Positions 15,794 through 24,500 of a stretch of DNA of 32,000 bases are shown here, piece after piece. The translations under genes and the position numbers were made by a program. The stretch is from Halomicronema hongdechloris C2206 (GTDB lineage: Bacteria > Cyanobacteriota > Cyanobacteriia > Phormidesmidales > Phormidesmidaceae). The notes below the pieces were generated by a model. The model did no database searches, was not told the DNA's origin, and was given only the letters and a program-made list of their open reading frames with translations. The stretch lies in NCBI RefSeq assembly GCF_002075285.3, contig NZ_CP021983.2, positions 1,320,001-1,352,000 of the forward strand, in the 5' to 3' direction. Every line of letters starts with the position of its first letter. Positions within the stretch are counted from its first letter, which is position 1.

Positions 15794-18670
15794 CTAAGTT
15801 TTCGGGACTGGCATGAACATATAGATACCTAAAACATCAGGGGGGAGTTGTGGCTCCACTCGATAGCGAACACCCTTGAGTTTGGCTGCGCTGCGGACTC
15901 GGCGATGAGCCTCAAGTAAATCATTCCCTCGCTGCTGGGCTACAGTTTCAAGGTGGGGACTGAGATGGTCGAATTGATCGATTACTTTCTGTAGAAACGT
16001 TGTGGCCTGGTCGGCACTAATGTTGCCGTCCGGAGTGGCCGTCAGGAGCTTCTCTGCCTGACCAGGCTCAAGCCATTCAGCCTTTTCCGGAGAGCCCGTA
16101 AAGGCTAGTATTTGGCAGTCTTCTGCCAGGAGCGGGTTTTCCTCGTCTCCCTGCTTGGCAATGATGTGGAAACGAAAACGGGTCAGGAGTAGCGTAGTGC
16201 GGCGGCTTACCTGATTAGTCCGAATCACCCCACAACGACGGGCCACACTGTCCACCATGGGATCCAGAGCCGTATCCATAACGTGGGTAGCCAGACCTTC
16301 CACGATGGGATGGGTCCGGTTCAGGTAAAGCTGACCATCCTGAATGGGGAGTTCGAACCGAGCCTGGAAAGATTCCTGCCCGCCAATGGCATCCTTCAGG
16401 GCTTGGGGCGCTTCCGATAGATCAAACGCTAACGCCTTGGTCGGTGTTTCGCTGACAACTGCTTGATGAACTTTAAAGGCAGCTTCGGTAAATGAAGCGA
16501 CATCAACACTAGAACCAATGGCTGAACGAATTGCCTGAAGCTCGCGAACTACATCTTCAACCTTGATGGTTTCCTGGGCAAACATGGTGCGCGATCGCTT
16601 CTCTCGTTCTGAGGCGGCTTCCCACTGGCTAAAGAACTGGTCTTTCTGGGGTTTGAAGAAGTCTTGGTCAAAGAGAGAAAGCTGGTCAGAGACATTAGAG
16701 GACTGTTCTCGCAGCAATAGCCCTTCAAAGATGGCTTCAACCACCTGATCCGTGTCCACGGGAACGGGGACTGAAATCCCCAGGGAGCTGCGGATGGAAC
16801 GGTGTTTACGAATGAGGACATCGAGAACGATGCCATCAATCTGGTTATCGACGCCGTAGTAGGTCAGCACCCGCACTTTGTCCTGGGGTTGTCCATAACG
16901 GTCTACTCGACCTTCTCGCTGCTCATGGCGGGTCGGGTTCCAGGACAGGTCGTAGTGAATGACGGCGTTGAAGTAGGCTTGTAGGTTGATCCCTTCACTG
17001 AGGCAGTCAGTACAGACCAGAACCCGTTGGGGAGACTCGGCCAATTGCTCTACCCGCTCTTCTCGCTCGGCCGGGGGCAGGGTGCCGGTGACAGCGACTA
17101 CCTCGACATTACGCAGGCTGCTCCTGAGTTCTTCCGCCACATATTCAGCCGTGGGAATAAAACGGCAGAAGATAATGGGCTGAAATCCGTTTTTCAGAAA
17201 GTCCTTAACCAGGGTGATGATTTTCTGGAGTTTGGCATCCTTACTGCCTTTGAGGTTTTCTGCCTCACGAGCCATTTGTTTGAGGCGAGTAGAGGAGTAG
17301 CGAGTAGTGAGTAGGGGGGCTTCTTCTACTCCTCTATTCACTACCTCGCTATTCGCTTCCAGTTCGCTGATATCCGCTCCAGGCACAATATCAATGCCTT
17401 CCTTGGCATCGTCATCCATCAAGTCCATCACCGTGCGGCGACCGACTTCGTCAGCTTCTTCGGGGGTTTCGGTATCGAGGGTGTCGGCGCGGTTGCGTAG
17501 GGTAGTTGCCGCCGCCGCAGGGCTGGAAGCCAGTGACCGTAACAGCCCCAGGGCCGACCACCACCGCACTCGTTGCCGATGGCGGCTGTTGGCATCAGGA
17601 GACTGAACGGTTTCGCGAGCGTAATTCAGAATGCGGTCAAATAACTTTTTGTATTCGGGAGATAGGGAGTAGGTTTCGTCTGCCTCCAGCCTTTCGGGGA
17701 AGGGGGTATCGGCATCCAGGTAACTGCGAATATCACCCCGACGGCGCTGGACGAAATGAGCCGCCACCTGGCGACGGATGGGTTCGTTTTCTTTACCGCC
17801 CAGTTCGTCGGGCAAATCGGCAAAGTCAGGATTGAGCAAAGCTAGCAGGGACCGGAAGGCGGCTTCTTTACCGCTGTGGGGAGTGGCTGTCACCAGAATG
17901 AGGTGGCGATCGGGCGCATCGGCTAAGCCTTTGATAAGTTGATGTCGCTGGTGCTTACCGCCTCGACCTTCCCCAGCAAAGGCGCAGGTATGGGCTTCGT
18001 CTACAATCACCAGCTCGGGGCAGGTACGCAGAAATTCATCCCGGCGATGCTCTGATTTAATGAAGTCGGTCGAGACAATGACGTAGGCATAGAGGTCAAA
18101 GAGTGACTGCCCCAGACGGCAGTTGCGCTCCAGGCGGGTAGCGGTACTGGGTAGAACCAACTCGGCATCAATATGGAATTTGCCCTTCAGCTCTGACTGC
18201 CACTGCTCGGCCAAGTGAGGGGGACAAAGTACGGCGAGGCGATCGACTTCGCCGCGATCCATGAGCTCTTTGGCAACCAGGCAGGCTTCGACGGTTTTAC
18301 CGATACCCACGTCATCGGCAATAAGCAGGCGCACGGGCTCTAGCTTAAGCGCCATGAGTAACGGCACGAGCTGATAGGGGCGAGGCTCGACGGCTAATTT
18401 GGCGAAGGATCGGAAAGGGCCAGCACTGGAACGGAAGCCGAGGCGCACAGCATCTCGCAACATGCGGCAAGAGCGATAGTCGCCTAGTTTTTTAGGATCG
18501 GGTAGCTCGAACTGGGCGGGTTCAACAGGCTCTAGGGGGAGAAAGATGCCGGTGACTTCATCTTCGGTGCCGCCGAGGGGGCGCAGGATCAGCATCTCCT
18601 CGGTGGATTCGGGAAGGACGACCCACTCGCGATCTCGAGCTTTGACGAGCGAACCAACGGCAAAAGTCAT
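15794..18670 (-). CDS. SNF2-family (DrmD/RapA-like) SF2 helicase/translocase, 958 aa
   Basis: Motifs read LIADDVGIGKTVEA (motif I), VIVDEAHTC (motif II DEAH), ILVTATPHSGK (motif III) and HYDLSWNPTRHEQREGRVDRYGQ (motifs V and VI). Confidence 0.85.
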   Translation of the reverse strand: MTFAVGSLVKARDREWVVLPESTEEMLILRPLGGTEDEVTGIFLPLEPVEPAQFELPDPKKLGDYRSCRMLRDAVRLGFRSSAGPFRSFAKLAVEPRPYQLVPLLMALKLEPVRLLIADDVGIGKTVEACLVAKELMDRGEVDRLAVLCPPHLAEQWQSELKGKFHIDAELVLPSTATRLERNCRLGQSLFDLYAYVIVSTDFIKSEHRRDEFLRTCPELVIVDEAHTCAFAGEGRGGKHQRHQLIKGLADAPDRHLILVTATPHSGKEAAFRSLLALLNPDFADLPDELGGKENEPIRRQVAAHFVQRRRGDIRSYLDADTPFPERLEADETYSLSPEYKKLFDRILNYARETVQSPDANSRHRQRVRWWSALGLLRSLASSPAAAATTLRNRADTLDTETPEEADEVGRRTVMDLMDDDAKEGIDIVPGADISELEANSEVVNRGVEEAPLLTTRYSSTRLKQMAREAENLKGSKDAKLQKIITLVKDFLKNGFQPIIFCRFIPTAEYVAEELRSSLRNVEVVAVTGTLPPAEREERVEQLAESPQRVLVCTDCLSEGINLQAYFNAVIHYDLSWNPTRHEQREGRVDRYGQPQDKVRVLTYYGVDNQIDGIVLDVLIRKHRSIRSSLGISVPVPVDTDQVVEAIFEGLLLREQSSNVSDQLSLFDQDFFKPQKDQFFSQWEAASEREKRSRTMFAQETIKVEDVVRELQAIRSAIGSSVDVASFTEAAFKVHQAVVSETPTKALAFDLSEAPQALKDAIGGQESFQARFELPIQDGQLYLNRTHPIVEGLATHVMDTALDPMVDSVARRCGVIRTNQVSRRTTLLLTRFRFHIIAKQGDEENPLLAEDCQILAFTGSPEKAEWLEPGQAEKLLTATPDGNISADQATTFLQKVIDQFDHLSPHLETVAQQRGNDLLEAHRRVRSAAKLKGVRYRVEPQLPPDVLGIYMFMPVPKT
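17285..17360. repeat. MITE-like palindromic element, family B, in frame inside the 958-aa SNF2 helicase
   Basis: The sequence reads gcgagtagaggagtagcgagtagtgagtaggggggcttcttctactcctctattcactacctcgctattcgcttcc. It shares long identical blocks with the 9241 copy. Confidence 0.7.
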
Positions 18671-18715
18671 ATTTTATTAATTTCCCAAAAATAACCTGCA
18701 ATAATCAGCCGCTTT

Positions 18716-21427
18716 TTATTGAAAACTCTGCTTAGGGTAGAGTAATACACTAGTCAAAATCTTGGGGTACTGAAAAGGCAAATCTAGCTTATTCAAGTTA
18801 CTATCAAGACGTTTTTTAGCTTCCTCTAATAAGCTGATGACTTTATCTATTTCGATCTCTGGCCTTGATCGATCAGGTGATCTATCAACCTGACCAACAT
18901 TAGCATTCAAGAGCATTAGCAATTCCCAATCTTTCAAAATATCTATTTCCGATTCCGATCCAATAATTTTTACTCCTACTACAACCTGTCGCACATTTGT
19001 TTGTACACCTGTTACTCGGTCTACAATTTGGAAAATAATTACAGGATCCTTTAATTCAGTCAGTTGTGCCACACAGCCATCCAGTTCTAAAGCTTGCTTC
19101 AACGCCTGATTCATTAGACAATGGCCTACACCGAGTAGATTGTTGATTTTCTTTTTGCCCCGGCAAGCACGATCAAAATGTAGATGCTCATAGCGCTTAC
19201 GGATTGCTGGCTCAGTCAGCCAAGATTCTGGAGTGATAAATGATAGACCATCCTCATTTCGAGAAATCCGCCGCTTATTAAGCTGAAGTATTGTCTCAAA
19301 AAAAGGACGTAAATCTGGCAAGTCCACCTGTGGCAACAAAGAAGAAACTTTTTGAAAGTCGAACTTTTCACAACTTCCCATAAGTTCTTTAACTGTTGCT
19401 ACAGCATCTTGCCCTCCAAATGTTGCGGTTTTAGAGTCGAACCATCGGCTTAAGTTCTCTTTGTTTTGGTCAGCTTCGCTAAAGACTTCCCGAAACATTT
19501 TTGGCGACGTCATCCCAAGCACTAACTGAAGTAAGTCTTCAGACTCTTCCATGACCTGGTCAAGAGACTGCATAATATTCTCAATCTTACTATTAAGCTT
19601 ATCCCAAATTCGTGTTTCTACAGTATCAGGATTTCGCAGGTTAATAACCTCAACTTTCTGCGTTTGGCCATAGCGATTAAGACGCCCTACTCGCTGATGC
19701 AATCGCATAGGATTCCAGGGCAAATCAACGTGAATAAGGGAATAGCATGTCTCTTGAAGATCGATTCCCTCACCACCGGCTTCGGTTGAAATCAGGAATC
19801 TAACTTCCCCAGAGTTAAACTTTTCAGCCGCACGCTCTCTTTTCTCAAAATAGGTACGAATTCTTCCAGAATTTTCAATTACATCATCAGCTCGACCATC
19901 ACCATTGATAAAGGTGACGCAATCATTTCCAAAACGAGCGATGAGAGCAGACATAAGTAAGGATTGAGTAGCTTTGTACTCTGTGAAAAATAGAACCTGC
20001 CGATTGGAGAATCTGGTTTCTAAGATCTCAATTATTTTGCCAATTTTTGTTTCAAATTTTACAAGTTCAGCAGCCTCAATAAGCTCTTGCAATCTTGGCT
20101 TCTCATCTTCCATGAGATATACTTTCAGGCTGAGGTCAAATATTTTCTCCTCCAGCAGACTCAGTTCATCACTATCAGCTTTCTCATCATCATCAAATTC
20201 TTTTAACTTTTCAAGGATATATTTTCTGCTTTTAGCGTTTTCTAGTTCCTCTCGATAATTGTTGATTTTATTTAATCGTTTTTTAAGAGCAGATCGAATG
20301 GCAGCAACTGAGCTGGAAGCTAGTTTCTGCATACAGATTAAGATCAACATTACAGCTCTTTGATTTACCTGACTGAGACCTGATGCATAAGCTTTACCTG
20401 TCAAGATAAATTCTGTGAGTTTAACGTAGAAAGCTTCTTCTTCCAAAGAGTAGCTATAGGTCTCTGAAAAAACATCAGGAGGATAAAATAGCTTTTTCCC
20501 TTTCATATCAGTTACAAGCTGTTTGTTATTCCGAATCATTACCAAATGCAAGCGGCGCATCTGATTTTGAAGATCATCTACTGACTCTACTGCTTCTGCT
20601 GGATCAAAGAGATCAGCACGGAGTAGCTTTAGAAGAGCAAAAAACTGATAATGCTTTCCTCTATGGGGAGTGCCAGTAAAGAAAACAGCAGATTTGACTT
20701 TTTGGTGGTCATACACTAGGCGATTCATTAAGCTATAGCCTAAGGTTTGCCCAGTCTGCTCATCGGCATTTAAGTGATGAGCCTCATCTACAACTACCAA
20801 ATCCCAAGGTTCTGCGTTAAACATGCGCTGATGTCGGTTGCCACTGTCTTTGCGCAGAGTTGGCAACGAGGCAATCACCTGTGAATGGGTATTCCAAAAA
20901 TCACTCTTAGATGTATCCGCTTCGGTGGTGTAGCGTGCCATACGGATATCAAACATGTTGCGCAATCGTTCCTGCCACTGTTCGACGAGACTAGCAGGGC
21001 ATAACACTAGGATGCGCCTAACGGCGTCCTTGCTAAGTAAGGCAGATATAATTAGACCAGCTTCAATGGTTTTACCTAAGCCAACATCATCAGCAATTAG
21101 CCATCGAGTGGGCAGTTCTTGTACAACTTTGCGGCAGACCCAAAGTTGGTGTGGTAGCAGGGCTATGCGGGCAAGGGAAAATACTCCCCACATATCGTTA
21201 ATAGAACGAATTGCAAGAGCCTGGGTACGAGCAACAACCTCTAGAGGATCGTGCCATTCTGGAGCGAGAATAGCTTCCTGAAGAGATTTTAGTCTCGTTA
21301 GTTCTGATTTAGGACATTCTTCAATACCGTGTTCGAACCGAATAACAACCGTGGCATCTTCGTCTACTCGTACTTCACCACTACCAAATCTAGGGTGATT
21401 GACGCGATCGCCTCGTTTATACTCCAT
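18716..21427 (-). CDS. SNF2-family SF2 helicase/translocase, 903 aa, low GC
   Basis: Motifs read LIADDVGLGKTIEAG, VVVDEAHHL, FFTGTPHRGK and HVDLPWNPMRLHQRVGRLNRYGQ. A small N-terminal segment, KRGDRVNHPRFGSGEV, precedes the helicase core. Confidence 0.85.
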   Translation of the reverse strand: MEYKRGDRVNHPRFGSGEVRVDEDATVVIRFEHGIEECPKSELTRLKSLQEAILAPEWHDPLEVVARTQALAIRSINDMWGVFSLARIALLPHQLWVCRKVVQELPTRWLIADDVGLGKTIEAGLIISALLSKDAVRRILVLCPASLVEQWQERLRNMFDIRMARYTTEADTSKSDFWNTHSQVIASLPTLRKDSGNRHQRMFNAEPWDLVVVDEAHHLNADEQTGQTLGYSLMNRLVYDHQKVKSAVFFTGTPHRGKHYQFFALLKLLRADLFDPAEAVESVDDLQNQMRRLHLVMIRNNKQLVTDMKGKKLFYPPDVFSETYSYSLEEEAFYVKLTEFILTGKAYASGLSQVNQRAVMLILICMQKLASSSVAAIRSALKKRLNKINNYREELENAKSRKYILEKLKEFDDDEKADSDELSLLEEKIFDLSLKVYLMEDEKPRLQELIEAAELVKFETKIGKIIEILETRFSNRQVLFFTEYKATQSLLMSALIARFGNDCVTFINGDGRADDVIENSGRIRTYFEKRERAAEKFNSGEVRFLISTEAGGEGIDLQETCYSLIHVDLPWNPMRLHQRVGRLNRYGQTQKVEVINLRNPDTVETRIWDKLNSKIENIMQSLDQVMEESEDLLQLVLGMTSPKMFREVFSEADQNKENLSRWFDSKTATFGGQDAVATVKELMGSCEKFDFQKVSSLLPQVDLPDLRPFFETILQLNKRRISRNEDGLSFITPESWLTEPAIRKRYEHLHFDRACRGKKKINNLLGVGHCLMNQALKQALELDGCVAQLTELKDPVIIFQIVDRVTGVQTNVRQVVVGVKIIGSESEIDILKDWELLMLLNANVGQVDRSPDRSRPEIEIDKVISLLEEAKKRLDSNLNKLDLPFQYPKILTSVLLYPKQSFQ

Positions 21428-21522
21428 ATTCTCTAGTTAGCCCTTAGCACTTAACTCATATACGATCTAGGAATCCTTCTACCATCTGGCAAAGTGACAA
21501 AATCACCGCTATCGCTGTTTCT

Positions 21523-24500
21523 CTAATTTCCGTTTGGCTCATCCTCAAAATAATCTTCATCAGAGAGACCTTCATACCAACCCAAATCTTCTCTCACAAG
21601 CAATCCACGTAAATCTAAGCTATGGCGCTTAGCGTATAGCTCAAAAGGAATATCAAAACAATTTTGAAATGTAGGAAAGTCAGACAAATCAAGATTTTTA
21701 AATTCTTTTTGGAGAAATGTATAAATATGCCGGGAGTGTCTATAGTCTGAAGATTGCAACCCTTGGCATCCTAATCGCATCATGATTCGTCTTATCTTGG
21801 CCCTTGGGACAAAACAGTGAGAAAAAATATACTCAGTTGGCTCAATGATCTCAAAGCGGACTAATTCCCGGATAACAAAGTTAGCGCCAATACCCAGTCG
21901 CAGAGGAGGAGCATCTACTCCACCACCAGAAAGGTCAGATGCGAGTCTTGGATTGGTTAGAGTCACTAGTTCAAAACGATGGGGTATTCGCTCTGCCCTG
22001 AGGAAAGAGTCTTGATACTCATCCAGATATTTAGAGATTTGATAGATATTTGGATATTTCTCCATCCAGTAGTACCAGGTTGTATCTTGACGTAAAGATT
22101 CAAGATAATCATTAAGAACGTAAATCCATTGTTCTGAGGCATCCTGTGGATCTGACTCTGAAAATGTGTTCCACCATCCCTGATTTATGCAGAAACGAAT
22201 AAAGTCTCGATGTTGCTCATGTCTTGTTCTACCCATTGTATGGGTTGCACCGATAAAAAAGAGCATCAGCCATGTACTGCGATTGCCGTCTCGTAACCCT
22301 TGTGTTAGCTCGTTAATCCCAATTGGATAAAGACGTTGATTATAATCTCTTATCTCCCTACCTCCCTGCTCTTTCCACCAACGATAGATATCATCTAACA
22401 GATCTCTTGAATCATTTGGGTTTGGCTCTTCTGGTGGGTCTTCTGAATCTTGAGAAGCTTGGTCGTTGTCTAACGATGAAATTTGTTCCCAGGGAATTTC
22501 GCCCTGTATTGCCCGTTCTTCTTGGAGTTGCCTTGCCTTTGTTTGTAATAGGCTCCTGATCGCAGGATCATCCTTCATCCAAGTATTTTCAATTGAACTT
22601 TGTAATTGTCTTGAAAATTCTAAGCTTCTCTCACCACTAGATAGATAAACTCGCACAGCTTGCCTTTGTTCTTCTGTAGTCGCTGATCTTGCCCATTCAA
22701 CTAGTTCCTCGACCGCAATTGTTTCACGACGTGGGCGGCAAACTCGGAAAAACTCAAGCGCTGTATCAGTGTAATCGGAATGCAGAATTCGATTTGAAGG
22801 GGCGAAGGCAACCAAACGCCTTTCTTCCAGATCACCTGTATGAGTTACAAGAAGCAGTGATGCAGCCAGATAGCCAGCTGCTTGGTTCATAAAGCCTAGA
22901 GGTTCCCCATCTAAGACTTGACGAATTGCTTCATATTCTGAGAGGTGTGAGACCTTCCACTGAGTCATTCTAGAAGGATTGACAAGATTACCAATACTAC
23001 AAGCAATTTCTGGATTGACATTGCGATTCCCTAGGGCTTCTACAAGAATATCTGCAAGCTTTAAAGAACTAGGTTGATGGGAGCTCGTTCCCATAAGTTT
23101 CACTACGTCTTGCCAAACCTGGTGATGAACCCATCGACTCGAGCTGTCTTCAAAATTGGGCCAATTTGAAACAATATTGAAAATCTCTTGATCAGACAAA
23201 ATTCCTGTGATTTTATGAGTTATCTGATCAAATCTAACTAACTGACGAGCATTTCCAAATAATCCATTAGGCAGAGAGGCATGGCAGGAAATTAGGTAGC
23301 CACACCCATAATATTCAGTGGAAAATCCAGCCTTCAAAAGCTGTAATATCGTTTCATCACTATTCAGCCTAAGCCAGTCTTTAACTAAGACATCCCAAAG
23401 AAAATTCCAAAAATGATAAGCACTAATTGTTTCATTCAGATGCAGAGCTTGACGTAATGCTAACCAGTTTCCTTCTGAAGAGAAGAAAAGACCACATAGA
23501 ACCTCGCCTAACTGCATACCAATATCGCGAATTAAGTCTTGATTACGCTTGGAATTTCGATCAAGGCTGGTACGACCTGTTGTGATATCAAAATGGCTAT
23601 TGACAACAAATCGTATATTTAGAGACTCCTTCGTAGGATTAGTTACCCATAATTTTGGTGAGTTAAGCAGTGGCGAATTCTCTGAAAGGTCAGAAGGAAT
23701 TACAAAGGCTACATTCCCTGACCGCAAGTTAAAGTTGAGTAGGTTGTGAGATTGCCAGATTAAATCATTACCATTAAATTTAGGTAGTCTAATTTGGCCA
23801 AACTCAACTTCTGAGATTCCTAGTACTGGTTGTGGTGACCAAGTAAGACGAGTATTTTCTTCACCGCCTGCTTCATTGAGCAACGTACAAGATTTTATCC
23901 TTTTAGAGAAGACAAGCAACAACCCGACTGACCTGTAAAAGCTTTCAGTAGCCGAATCAGCAGGATCTAGAATCTCAGAATCAAAAGGCAAATTAATTAT
24001 TGTTCCATCGTTAATATCCGGCGATGGAGAATGTTCCTGCAAAAATCTCCGCAAGTTACTTGTTAGTCCCTCATCTTCATCCTCTTGCCCAGGCCGAGGT
24101 AGAGATCTAGGAAGTAGACCGGCATAGATTATAAACTTAATATCGCCACTGATTACACAAGGTTGCCTTGAGAGTAGATGAACGGTCTTGAAACCTAGGC
24201 CAAATTTCCCTGTTTCATCTTCCCCTTTGCTAGAGTCGCTAAAGGAAAGCATCTTAACTAAATCACGCTTAAAACCAGATAGTTCTGAATCCTCGTCTTG
24301 TACGTCAGGATGGGTAACCATGTTAATAGGGCGACCCCAGTGCATAATTGTCAAGCCTTGATCATGCAAGGACAGGACAAAATGATTCCGTTCTGGCAAA
24401 GATTGACCCAAAAGCCGCTCATATTCAAGCAAGGCATCATCAGCATTTTGAAAAAGCTCAAATGGAATATTGCTAATATCGTAACCATATTGCCCATGCT

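Noticed and set aside
16549-17835. Internal and antisense track ORFs within the 958-aa SNF2 gene
   Set aside because: They are nested in a gene with complete SF2 helicase motifs and have no independent support.
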